Of a DNA stretch of 33,640 nt, positions 24,536 to 33,174 are shown in pieces. Source of the stretch: Nitrosopumilaceae archaeon (lineage in GTDB: Archaea; Thermoproteota; Nitrososphaeria; Nitrososphaerales; Nitrosopumilaceae); assembly GCA_041634015.1 (NCBI GenBank), contig JBFJMG010000001.1:1-33640 (forward strand). The letters run 5' to 3'. Under the pieces are notes generated by a model. It did not search any database, was not told the origin of the DNA, and was given only the letters and a program-made list of their open reading frames with translations. The position numbers were made by a program, and so were the translations under genes. Each line of letters begins with the position of its first letter. The first letter of the stretch is position 1.

Positions 24536-24724
24536 ATGAGGACTGATTCGTGCAAAAAATGTGGATTGGAGATGAAAGTTTCACAGGAGTGTGATATCTG
24601 TGGTCAACCTACAAATTTTACATGTGACAAGTGTAAAATCGAATCAGATCAATTTCATTTAAAGTGTACGCTGAGCAGTTTTAGCCATGCATTATTACGC
24701 GCTTTTAATTCTAAAACTAAATAA
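24536..24724 (+). CDS. small zinc-ribbon protein
   Basis: 62 aa with three CxxC pairs: CKKCG, CDICG and CDKCK. A TTTTAAAT box lies about 28 nt upstream. Confidence 0.5.
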   Translation: MRTDSCKKCGLEMKVSQECDICGQPTNFTCDKCKIESDQFHLKCTLSSFSHALLRAFNSKTK

Positions 24725-24748
24725 TTCTGATACTAAGTTGATTGTAAT

Positions 24749-25318
24749 TTAGTAAGGCGTTCCTTTACTCCTTTGATTTTTAAAAGCAGCAATGTACCAC
24801 TCAAACTCATCTAGAAATCTAGCTACCCTCCGGTCGTAATTTTTGTCAAGTAGTGATCCATTTTCATCAAAAACATCCTTTACTTTTGAAATTTGAAATG
24901 ATGAAGAAATTGATGGAGCGCCCAGCTCTGCAAAAATTAACCGAAGTTGTTGTGCAGCATTTACTCCGCCAAAACCCCCAACTGAATAAGAAACTATTGC
25001 CGAAGGTTTGAAAAAGTACTCTTCCAAAAAAATATCCAATGTGTTTTTCATGGCAGAAGAAGTACTGTGATTATATTCTGGTGTTACAGGAATGTATCCA
25101 TCTGCATCCTTTATCATTGATTGAAGTTTTTTTAATTTTTCGGAAGGATTTTTCATTTCTTTGTACATGCTATCAAGTAAAGGAAGATCCAATTCCTTGG
25201 GGTCAATAAAAAAAACCTCATGATTACGCTCTTCTAATTTTTGTTTTATCCACGTTGCAACTTTGATTCCTTGCCTATCGATTCTTACTGAGCCTACAAT
25301 TACTGCAATTTTAGCCAA
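24749..25318 (-). CDS. NAD(P)H-dependent FMN reductase family protein (flavodoxin-like fold)
   Basis: KIAVIVGSVRIDRQG and PEYNHSTSSAMKNTLD match the family pattern. TTG start. Confidence 0.75.
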   Translation of the reverse strand: MAKIAVIVGSVRIDRQGIKVATWIKQKLEERNHEVFFIDPKELDLPLLDSMYKEMKNPSEKLKKLQSMIKDADGYIPVTPEYNHSTSSAMKNTLDIFLEEYFFKPSAIVSYSVGGFGGVNAAQQLRLIFAELGAPSISSSFQISKVKDVFDENGSLLDKNYDRRVARFLDEFEWYIAAFKNQRSKGTPY

Positions 25319-25434
25319 AATTATTCATTTTTCCCCTTTGTTATTTGACAATTTTTATTCAATTTAATGATTTAGCCAAAATGTTACAAAGTTGATTCAC
25401 AAAATTTAGTCGCACAACAGATTAATTTCTCTGC

Positions 25435-25444
25435 TAAAATTAAT
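25435..25444 (+). promoter_or_regulatory. TATA-like box (TAAAATTAAT) about 26 nt upstream of the first ATP-cone codons
   Basis: The spacing places the expected transcript start at about 25462-25468 (ATT ATC ATA). Confidence 0.35.
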
Positions 25445-25461
25445 CATTCATAACTCAAAAA

Positions 25462-26274
25462 ATTATCATAAAAAAATCCGATGGAAGCAAAGTTGTTTTC
25501 AACCCTCATAAAATTTACAGTACGTGCAGACGCGCTGGTGCAAGCCGGGAAACTGCAAACAGAATCATCAAAAAAATTCGAGGCCAAATCCACCGAGGAC
25601 TGGATACAGGAGATATTTACAAACTAGTTTTACATGCGTTAAGCCAAGAAAAAGGAACTAGAGCAATCAAACAAAGATACAGACTAAAAGAGGCAATTAT
25701 GCAAATGGGGCCAGCAGGTTTTGCATTTGAAAATTATGTTGCAGAAATTTTAGAGCATTATGATTTTGAGCTTACAAAACTACGTGGTAAAATTCCAGGA
25801 AAATGTGCCAGACATGAAATTGATGTAATTGCAACATCTCACAATAAAAAATACATGGTTGAATGCAAATATCATTCAAAGCGAGGGTATTACACCGGAC
25901 TTAAAGAATCCCTATACACACACGCACGATTTTTAGATACTGCACCTTTTTTTGATAGAGAAGTCCTTGCATGTAACACCAAAGTTTCAACTGATGCTAA
26001 AAAATATGCAAACTGTGTTGGTCAAAACATTCTTTCTTGGCATTACCCTCCAGGTAAAAGTCTAGAGGTATTAATTGAAAAAAACAAACTATATCCTATT
26101 ACCATTTTAAATTTGAGTCGAAGGGAACTTGATGCATTTTTTAAAAGTAATATCATGATTGCACAAAAAATCCTAAATTACACTGAAAAACAACTTGCCA
26201 AAAAGACTGGAATCAAGGAAAAAAGAATCAAAAATCTTCAGAATCTAGCCTCAGAAATACTTGTTCTTAACTAA
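25462..26274 (+). CDS. ATP-cone domain + Mrr/PD-(D/E)xK restriction-endonuclease-like protein; 5' end lacks a canonical start codon
   Basis: The track calls only 25699-26274. The same frame is open back to 25444 and encodes a textbook ATP-cone (IIIKKSDGSKVVFNPHKIYSTCRRAGASRETANRIIKKIRGQIHRGLDTGDIYKLVLHAL...RYRLKEAI). The nuclease core is GFAFENYVAEIL...HEIDVIA...YMVECKYH. The C-terminal region is HhH-like. Confidence 0.65.
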   Translation: MIIKKSDGSKVVFNPHKIYSTCRRAGASRETANRIIKKIRGQIHRGLDTGDIYKLVLHALSQEKGTRAIKQRYRLKEAIMQMGPAGFAFENYVAEILEHYDFELTKLRGKIPGKCARHEIDVIATSHNKKYMVECKYHSKRGYYTGLKESLYTHARFLDTAPFFDREVLACNTKVSTDAKKYANCVGQNILSWHYPPGKSLEVLIEKNKLYPITILNLSRRELDAFFKSNIMIAQKILNYTEKQLAKKTGIKEKRIKNLQNLASEILVLN

Positions 26275-26310
26275 AGGAATCCTTTTAGGAACTAAAAAAA
26301 AATTTCTCCC

Positions 26311-27819
26311 ATGGAAATTAAATTAAAAAATCAAACTCAGGCTTTTCTCATTCATTTAACTGACACTTATTTTATTCAGGAGATAAAGGTGGGGGATAAA
26401 CTTGAGCTTCCGGGATTTGCAAGAATTGGCACCTTAATTGACAAAGTAAAAAAAAATGTTGGTAATTCTAAAACCCTAGTACTACATAGCGGGGATTTTT
26501 TATTTCCATCATACATGAGTAAGTTTTTTGATGGAAAACAAATGGTTGAGATTCTAAATGCTTGTGGTTTTGATTACATTACACTCGGAAATCATGACTT
26601 TGATGGTGGACTTGCAATTTTAAAAAAAAGGCTCAAAGAAGCTAACTTCAAAATCATTCTAACCAACCTTCAAACCCCAAAAAATTTTCCTGTAAAATCT
26701 CCCTCACATGTTTTGTGGCCCAAAAGTAAACCAGTTTTAGCTTTGGTGGGAATTGCTGGTGCTTCTACTCAACGAGCAGCAACAGAAAATGGATTTTCAA
26801 AATTAGATGTTACTGATTCGTTAAAAAAGAAAATAAAATTTCTTAAACAAAATTATCCATATGTAATTAATCTAGTAGTTCTTTCTCATATGAGCAATTA
26901 CGAGGATGAAAAACTTGTAAAATGGCTAAGTGTTAATTGGCATGGTTTTTCTTATATTTTTGGGGGTCATGATCACAATAACCTTGTTTCTTCTAAATCC
27001 AAAGCATCAAACTCGATTCTGATCAAAAGCCAATCAAATGGAAGGGTTGTAAGACTTTATCCAATATTACAAACATCAAGGGATAATCGGCGCAAAATTA
27101 AGAGGCTTGTAAACAATCTAAAGAATAATCTCATCACAATTGACTCAAAGGATTTTGAACAAATTCCTGAATCACCCAAAATTATCAAGAAAATCAACAA
27201 ATGGGAGAGTCGACTACGTAAAATTGCGCCTGAAAAACCTGAAATTGTTAAAAAATTTCCTGCAGGAATTTCTTTTGATGCCACAGAACTTAGTTTAAGA
27301 AAAGGCACCACTAATTTTGGAAATTTTATTGCAGATTGTCTTTGTGAGGGGACAAAATCCGATATTGCTATGATTAACTCAGGTCATTTTAGAGGAGACA
27401 GAACACTGGCAAATGTAATTAAAACTTCAGATCTACGAAGGATCTTTGTCATGGATGATCCACGATCTATCATCAAAGTAAAGTTATCGCCAAAAGAATG
27501 TAGACTACTATTATTACACGGTTACAAAGAGCCAGGAAAAGGTAGAATTTTACAAATTTCTAAAAATACACCTAACATAATTAAAAAATCAAAAAAAAAT
27601 TTATCGGCTATAATTATGACCGATATGATTTTTACTGATGATGATGGCTTTGCAAAAATTTTAGCAAAACAAAGAAAAATTTCTGTAACCAAACTCAGAA
27701 AATCCATAAAAAAATTTAGAATAGATCAAACCATAATGGATCTAGTAAAAAAACAAGCAAAATTTGTAAAATACGATCCTAGTAAAAGATTTCAAGTCAA
27801 AGATGTGTCTCGATTTTAA
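26311..27819 (+). CDS. UshA-like bifunctional metallophosphatase / 5'-nucleotidase, cytoplasmic
   Basis: Metallophosphoesterase motifs are HSGDF, LGNHDFDGG, VLSHM and GGHDHN. The C-terminal nucleotidase-type region contains TNFGNFIADCL and INSGHFRGD. There is no signal peptide. Motif I reads LTDTYF rather than D-x-H. Confidence 0.7.
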   Translation: MEIKLKNQTQAFLIHLTDTYFIQEIKVGDKLELPGFARIGTLIDKVKKNVGNSKTLVLHSGDFLFPSYMSKFFDGKQMVEILNACGFDYITLGNHDFDGGLAILKKRLKEANFKIILTNLQTPKNFPVKSPSHVLWPKSKPVLALVGIAGASTQRAATENGFSKLDVTDSLKKKIKFLKQNYPYVINLVVLSHMSNYEDEKLVKWLSVNWHGFSYIFGGHDHNNLVSSKSKASNSILIKSQSNGRVVRLYPILQTSRDNRRKIKRLVNNLKNNLITIDSKDFEQIPESPKIIKKINKWESRLRKIAPEKPEIVKKFPAGISFDATELSLRKGTTNFGNFIADCLCEGTKSDIAMINSGHFRGDRTLANVIKTSDLRRIFVMDDPRSIIKVKLSPKECRLLLLHGYKEPGKGRILQISKNTPNIIKKSKKNLSAIIMTDMIFTDDDGFAKILAKQRKISVTKLRKSIKKFRIDQTIMDLVKKQAKFVKYDPSKRFQVKDVSRF

Positions 27820-27872
27820 AACTTTGAAAAACAGGTCGCTATATAGTTGCGTATAGTGTATGTGTGTTATTC

Positions 27873-27880
27873 TTTAATTA
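27873..27880 (+). promoter_or_regulatory. TATA box (TTTAATTA) about 25 nt upstream of ATG 27902
   Basis: This favours ATG 27902 over the track start (GTG 27890). Confidence 0.4.
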
Positions 27881-27901
27881 CGAACTTCCGTGCAACCAAT
27901 T

Positions 27902-28534
27902 ATGGGACAATGGTTATCATGGGTAAAATCCAACGAAAAGGAAATTCTAACAATCTTAGAAAATCTATCAAAAAAAGCTGTTGAGGTGTCTGGAGAACTC
28001 GTAATTTTTCTTTCAGATATTGAAAATGTGAAAGAGCATCATACAACAATAAAAAGACTTGAAAGAGAAGCGGATGATTTGACACGATCAGTTTTTGCTG
28101 AATTAAATAAAACCTTCATTACTCCTTTAGATAGAGAAGATATTCAAAGAATAGCCTCCAAAATTGACGATGTAATTGATTTTCTAGAGGGTGTTTCGGG
28201 ACGAATTTATAGTTACGAAATAACGAGTGCTCCTCCGTACATGCTCCAAATAGCAAAAGAGCTTACCAAAGCAACTAAAGAAGTCGAATTTATGATTTCA
28301 AAATTAGGAAACATGAAAGGTAATAAGGATTTAATCAATCACTGTAGAACAACAAGTGATATTGAACACTCAATTGATGATCTATATCGAGCTGCGCTTG
28401 GAAAGTTGTTTCAAACTCATGAGCCAATAGATATTATCAAACTAAAAGATATCTATGAAGCCATAGAACAGGCATCTGATAGATGTGTTGATGTTGCCGA
28501 TGTCGTAGAAGATATCGTTTTAAAATATGCCTAG
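27902..28534 (+). CDS. DUF47 / PhoU-like phosphate-transport accessory protein
   Basis: LEREADDLTRSVFAELNKTFITPLDREDIQRIASKIDDVIDFLEG matches the DUF47 pattern. It occupies the conserved position directly upstream of a PiT gene. Confidence 0.75.
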   Translation: MGQWLSWVKSNEKEILTILENLSKKAVEVSGELVIFLSDIENVKEHHTTIKRLEREADDLTRSVFAELNKTFITPLDREDIQRIASKIDDVIDFLEGVSGRIYSYEITSAPPYMLQIAKELTKATKEVEFMISKLGNMKGNKDLINHCRTTSDIEHSIDDLYRAALGKLFQTHEPIDIIKLKDIYEAIEQASDRCVDVADVVEDIVLKYA

Positions 28535-28543
28535 GTTGGTTTA

Positions 28544-29530
28544 ATGATAGAGATAGCAATAGGTGCAATAATTGTAGCACTAATCTTTGATTTTGTTAAT
28601 GGATTTAATGATTCTGCAAATTCTGTTGCAACGGTGATTGGAACACGGGTTTTAAAACCTCTACAGGCAGTTACATTATCTGCTGCAGCTAATTTTGTAG
28701 GGCCTTTTGTTTTTGGGGTTGCAGTGGCGACAACAATTGCAAAAGGAATAGTTTCTCCTGATGATATTACTGTCTATATGATTGTTGGAGGCTTGGCTGG
28801 CGCAATAACTTGGAGTACTGTGTGTACTGTTTTTGGAATGCCAATTTCAAACAGCCACTCTCTTATCGGTGGGATTATGGGAGCAGGAATTGCTGGATTA
28901 GGATTTGAAAAACTGGTTTATGGTGGATTGACCAAGGTTTTTGCTGGAATAGTCATTGCACCTACAGGTGGAATAATTTTTGGTTTACTGATAACAGGAT
29001 TAATCATTACTATTTTTGCAAGAAAGAGACCGGGTCCAGTGAACAAAACGTTTGGTAAATTACAAATCATCTCCTCAGCTTGGTTCGCCCTGACACATGG
29101 TGCTAATGATGGTCAAAAAACTATGGGGATAATTGTACTTGTTTTATTTTCAGCTGGAATTATTTCTGAACTTGAGATGCCATTATGGGTAATTTTTGCA
29201 GCCGCCGCAGCTATGGGTCTCGGGACCTTCTTTGGTGGATACAAAGTCATTAAAACTCTAGGTCTTAAAGTTAGCAGACTAAGACCCTATCAAGGTTTTG
29301 CAGCAGAAACGGGTGGAGGTTTAATGCTAGCGATTTTTGCAATATTTGGAATACCTGCTAGTACAACTCATGCAATTACAGGCACTATTATGGGTTCAGG
29401 AGCAGCAAGGAGAAAATTTGCAGTTAGGTGGAAGGTTGGGCGACAAATTGTACTTGCTTGGGTAATTACCATTCCAGGCAGCGCAGCACTTGGTATTGGC
29501 TTTACCTATCTTATTGATCTTTTTGTTTAG
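28544..29530 (+). CDS. pitA: inorganic phosphate transporter, PiT family
   Basis: The duplicated PiT signature is present: GFNDSANSVATVIGT (N-terminal half) and GANDGQKTMGII (C-terminal half). The protein is polytopic. Confidence 0.85.
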   Translation: MIEIAIGAIIVALIFDFVNGFNDSANSVATVIGTRVLKPLQAVTLSAAANFVGPFVFGVAVATTIAKGIVSPDDITVYMIVGGLAGAITWSTVCTVFGMPISNSHSLIGGIMGAGIAGLGFEKLVYGGLTKVFAGIVIAPTGGIIFGLLITGLIITIFARKRPGPVNKTFGKLQIISSAWFALTHGANDGQKTMGIIVLVLFSAGIISELEMPLWVIFAAAAAMGLGTFFGGYKVIKTLGLKVSRLRPYQGFAAETGGGLMLAIFAIFGIPASTTHAITGTIMGSGAARRKFAVRWKVGRQIVLAWVITIPGSAALGIGFTYLIDLFV

Positions 29531-29696
29531 GTAATTTCTTTAATATGAAACAACCTATGCAAAACTTTATGTTTATATCACTGGGATATTTTGAAAAAAA
29601 TCATGACACTTGGAAACGAAATACATACTTTTCCTGATTCATCTAGAATTAATCGTTTCCTTTTTTCTGTATTCTAAAATTTTTTGAGTCGTTAAA

Positions 29697-30797
29697 ATGG
29701 GAATTATAGAATTAATTCAAGCAAATATTCTAACACCAATTGTACTGTTTTTTCTTTTAGGTATTATTGCAGCGCGAATCAAATCAGATCTCAAAATGCC
29801 TGATGCAATTTCAGAATTCTTACCCATCTATCTTCTTGCCGCAATTGGACTTCATGGCGGACTAGAAATGAGAAACACTGGCTTTGAAAGCATGCTTGTT
29901 CCTATGTTAGTTGCAATTGGTTTGTCACTTCTTATGACACTTAACCATTATCAAATACTAAGAAGACTAGGAAAATTTAATATTTTTGATTCATATGCTT
30001 TAGCATCTACATATGGGGCAGTTGGCGCAGTAACGTTTTCAGTTGGTCTTTCGTTTTTAAAAAATCAGGGTGTAGAATCTGAAGGATATCTTGCAGCAAT
30101 TTTAGCAGTATTGGAACCTGTAAGTTTCATCTTGGCAATTTTCTTAACAAACATGGCAGTATCAAAACAGATTCGAACAAAAAAACATGCAATTACAAAA
30201 AACATTGACTTTGATCCAAAAACAAATACTGAATTGGGTTTTGAGGAAGACTCTGCAAGGACAAAGCTTACCCAAGTTTTACATGATTCCATAACCGGAA
30301 AAGCCATTGTCATTCTAATCGGAAGTATAGTGATTGGATATGTCATAGGGGAGGAAGGCTTTGAGCCAATTAAGATAGTCTTTGATGACCTTTTCACAGG
30401 TGCCATTGTGATCTTTTTAATTGAAATGGGCATAATTGCAGGCCAAAGATTAGACGATATTAAAAAAGTTGGAACATTTCTAGTTGCTTTTTCTATAATC
30501 ATGCCGACATTTAATGGAATAATTGGAGTCTTAATTTCAACAGCATTGGGATTAAGCTTGGGTGGTGCGGTAATGTTTGGATTGCTTCTTGCTAGTGCAT
30601 CATTTATTGCTGCACCTGCTGTCTTGCGTCATGCAATACCGCAAGCAAAGCCTAGTCTTTACATAACTTCTGCATTAGGAATTACGTTTCCTTATAACAT
30701 AATAGTATTATTACCAATAATGTTCATGATTTCATCTTTAGTTCATAATGTTGATGGATCGATAGACTTATTGAATTACATCCGGGAGATCTTCTGA
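29697..30797 (+). CDS. sbtA: SbtA-like sodium-dependent bicarbonate transporter family permease (DUF897)
   Basis: 366 aa in two 5-TM halves separated by a hydrophilic loop (KQIRTKKHAITKNIDFDPKTNTELGFEEDSARTK). The N-terminus resembles SbtA (TPIVLFFLLGIIAARIKSDLKMPDAISEFL...GLHGGLEM). A PII-like gene overlaps the stop codon. The family call is from memory. Confidence 0.6.
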   Translation: MGIIELIQANILTPIVLFFLLGIIAARIKSDLKMPDAISEFLPIYLLAAIGLHGGLEMRNTGFESMLVPMLVAIGLSLLMTLNHYQILRRLGKFNIFDSYALASTYGAVGAVTFSVGLSFLKNQGVESEGYLAAILAVLEPVSFILAIFLTNMAVSKQIRTKKHAITKNIDFDPKTNTELGFEEDSARTKLTQVLHDSITGKAIVILIGSIVIGYVIGEEGFEPIKIVFDDLFTGAIVIFLIEMGIIAGQRLDDIKKVGTFLVAFSIIMPTFNGIIGVLISTALGLSLGGAVMFGLLLASASFIAAPAVLRHAIPQAKPSLYITSALGITFPYNIIVLLPIMFMISSLVHNVDGSIDLLNYIREIF

Positions 30798-31102
30798 TGA
30801 AGCTTTTCAATGTAAAACTACTTACCATTACTTGTGAGATTCTAGTACAAAAAAATGTAATAGATCTTTTGCACAAGCACAAGGTATCTGGCTATACTAC
30901 CTTTGAAGTAGATGGAGATGGCGCAAAAGGAATTCGTGGACATGGCTTTAAAAATGAAAAAAATGTAAAGATAGAAGTAATTCTAAAAGAAGACAAACTC
31001 CAAGATATAGTCGAAGAGATTACAAGAACGCTTTTTCCTGACTATGCAATTATTCTTTATGTCAATGATGTTGGGGTATTGCGTCCAGAAAAATTTGGAT
31101 AA
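30797..31102 (+). CDS. sbtB: PII-like signalling protein (SbtB-like)
   Basis: 101 aa. KLLTITCEILVQKNVIDLLHKHKVSGYTTFEVDGDGAKGIRGHGF...VKIEVIL...ILYVNDVGVLRPEKF fits the ferredoxin-like PII pattern with a T-loop. It has a 1-nt overlap (TGATG) with the permease gene. Confidence 0.6.
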   Translation: MKLFNVKLLTITCEILVQKNVIDLLHKHKVSGYTTFEVDGDGAKGIRGHGFKNEKNVKIEVILKEDKLQDIVEEITRTLFPDYAIILYVNDVGVLRPEKFG

Positions 31103-31147
31103 AATATAGCACAAAGTAAAATAATTCATAAAAACTTTAGAGGTAAC

Positions 31148-31813
31148 ATGATGACTTATTCTAATCTCCAAATCTTTACAGTTGAATTGATTGGTACTTT
31201 TCTTTTAGTAGTCTTTGCAACAGGATCTATAGTTTATGATGCTCAATTAAATGGATACCTTGGAGTTGGGTTTGCAGCTATTGCTCCGTTTGTCGCATTG
31301 ATGATTGGAGTTTATTCCTTTGGAAAAATATCCTTGGCACATTTTAATCCGGCTGTAACGATTGGATATTATATTACTGGCCATATATCAAAAATTCAAG
31401 TTGTTTATTATTTTGCTGCCGAAATAATTGGGGCAATTCTTGGTTCATTATTCGTCTTGCAATTTATCGGACAAGAAGCAAATCTTGGTGTAAATACTCC
31501 AAACTATGATTTCTCACTTGGACTTATTTTCCCAGTTGAAGTTTTGGCTAGCGGGTTACTCATGGCCGTAATTTTTACAGTTGTTTACACCAGAGGCATG
31601 AGAGGTCTAAGTGGTATTGCAATAGGCGGAATAGTTGGTTTGGATATTTTCTTTTTTTCTTTTATCTCTGGGGCATCCATGAATCCTGCACGTGCACTTG
31701 CTCCTGCATTATTCTCAGGAGTTTTTGAAAATTTGTGGTTATACTGGACGGCACCATTTATCGGTACGGCAATTGTTGCATTTTTGTTCCGACCAAAATT
31801 TCAGAAAAAATAG
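31148..31813 (+). CDS. MIP-family channel (aquaporin / glycerol-facilitator type)
   Basis: Two NPA boxes are present (HFNPAVTIG and SMNPARALAP) with a six-TM layout. An SD-like GAGGT lies 5 nt upstream. Confidence 0.85.
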   Translation: MMTYSNLQIFTVELIGTFLLVVFATGSIVYDAQLNGYLGVGFAAIAPFVALMIGVYSFGKISLAHFNPAVTIGYYITGHISKIQVVYYFAAEIIGAILGSLFVLQFIGQEANLGVNTPNYDFSLGLIFPVEVLASGLLMAVIFTVVYTRGMRGLSGIAIGGIVGLDIFFFSFISGASMNPARALAPALFSGVFENLWLYWTAPFIGTAIVAFLFRPKFQKK

Positions 31814-31896
31814 GCGCCCATGAATCAATTTTAGGTAATTTTTCATGACTGGAAATAATATTAGGAATAATAATACCAAAAAATTCTTCAATTGTA

Positions 31897-33174
31897 TTGT
31901 CCAGATCAAAAAAACTTTTTGATATCGCAAAAAAGGTAATCCCATCCGGGGTAAATAGCCCTGTAAGATATTTTGAGCCTTATCCATTTTTTGTAACAAA
32001 GTCACAAGGCAGTACAATCTGGGATACAGATCAAAAAAAGTATCTTGATTTTTGTAACGGTTATGGAGCTTTACTTTTAGGACACCGAAGAAGGGAAATT
32101 ATCTCTGCAGTATCAAATCAGCTAAAAAAAGGAACTTTGTTTTGTACACCCACAGAACAAGAAATAGATCTATCAAAATTAATCATTAGAAATTTTCCAT
32201 CAATTAACAAAGTTAGATTGGTAAACACAGGTTCTGAGGCAACTATGACTGCTATTAGACTAGCAAGAGCATTCACAAAAAAAAATAAAATTATAAAATT
32301 TGAAGGCTGCTACCATGGAGCACATGATTCTGTTTTAGTAAAGGCAGGCTCTGGTTCTGCACATTATGGAATTTCGGTATCAGAAGGAGGATTAAAAGAA
32401 GTTTCTAAAAACACATTAGTTGTACAATACAATAATTCCGAAGAATTAGAAAATGTCATTAGAAAAAACAAAGATATTGCTGGAGTAATTGTAGAACCAA
32501 TACTTGCCAACATGGGATTAATTCTTCCTGAAAAAAACTTTCTTTTTGATTTACGAAAAATTACAAAACAATATGACATCCCCTTAATTTTTGACGAAAT
32601 TGTTACTGGCTTGCGCGTAACTCAGGGAGGTGCACAACAACACTTCAAGATAAAGCCTGACATTACAACTTTAGGAAAAGCACTCGGAAATGGATTCACT
32701 ATTGCAGCAGTAGGTGGACGGAGAGAAATTATGGACCAACTTGCTCCTATGGGTAAGGTATATCAAGCAAGCACGTTTGCTGGAAATCCAATCTCAGTTA
32801 GTGCATCAATTGCTTCAATCAAAACAATTAACAAACTAAAATCAAGGCTTTATCCTAAACTTGAAAGGTATGCCACTTTACTTGTAAAAGCAATTAATGA
32901 TTTGGCAACTGATATGAGAATTGATCATCAAATTAATTTTACAGCATCAATGTTTCAAATCTTTTTCACTAAAAATCCAGTGACAGATTATTCTAGCTCA
33001 AAAAAATCAGATGCCAAGAGATTTCAAAAACTTGTATCTTCCCTACTGAAAAATGGAGTATTTGTTGCTCCATCGCAGTTTGAAGTGGTATTTTTATCAG
33101 ATGCGCACAAAAATGCAGATTTGAATAAAGCAATTGAGGCTTATCGAGTTGGATTAAAAGCGGTGAAGAATTGA
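31897..33174 (+). CDS. hemL: glutamate-1-semialdehyde 2,1-aminomutase
   Basis: 425 aa class-III aminotransferase. Family stretches are GGVNSPVR-type (SGVNSPVRYF), DFCNGYGALLLGH, NTGSEATMTAIRLAR, IFDEIVTGLR and TLGKALGNGF (PLP lysine). TTG start with an AT box about 26 nt upstream. Confidence 0.9.
   Translation: MSRSKKLFDIAKKVIPSGVNSPVRYFEPYPFFVTKSQGSTIWDTDQKKYLDFCNGYGALLLGHRRREIISAVSNQLKKGTLFCTPTEQEIDLSKLIIRNFPSINKVRLVNTGSEATMTAIRLARAFTKKNKIIKFEGCYHGAHDSVLVKAGSGSAHYGISVSEGGLKEVSKNTLVVQYNNSEELENVIRKNKDIAGVIVEPILANMGLILPEKNFLFDLRKITKQYDIPLIFDEIVTGLRVTQGGAQQHFKIKPDITTLGKALGNGFTIAAVGGRREIMDQLAPMGKVYQASTFAGNPISVSASIASIKTINKLKSRLYPKLERYATLLVKAINDLATDMRIDHQINFTASMFQIFFTKNPVTDYSSSKKSDAKRFQKLVSSLLKNGVFVAPSQFEVVFLSDAHKNADLNKAIEAYRVGLKAVKN

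Noticed and set aside
25481-25627. ATG-initiated 48 aa ORF (MEAKLFSTLIKFTVRADALVQAGK...) upstream of the nuclease gene
   Set aside because: It is the only ATG-led frame here, but it is the +1 frame of a region whose other frame encodes a complete, recognisable ATP-cone continuous with the downstream nuclease. The 48 aa peptide shows no domain features.
29612-29660. 8-bp inverted repeat GGAAACGA ... TCGTTTCC upstream of the SbtA-like gene as a riboswitch or attenuator
   Set aside because: It is a single short stem with a 33-nt loop in an AT-rich spacer. It resembles no riboswitch class I know, and chance occurrence is plausible. It is noted only as a possible protein-binding site.
30065-30502. 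145 aa minus-strand ORF inside the SbtA-like gene, plus similar antisense ORFs at 27057-27311, 27522-27707, 27900-28085, 30983-31171, 31739-32017, 32364-32579 and 33395-33613
   Set aside because: All are embedded antisense in genes with strong family signatures. None has start-codon context or a TATA box at the expected spacing.
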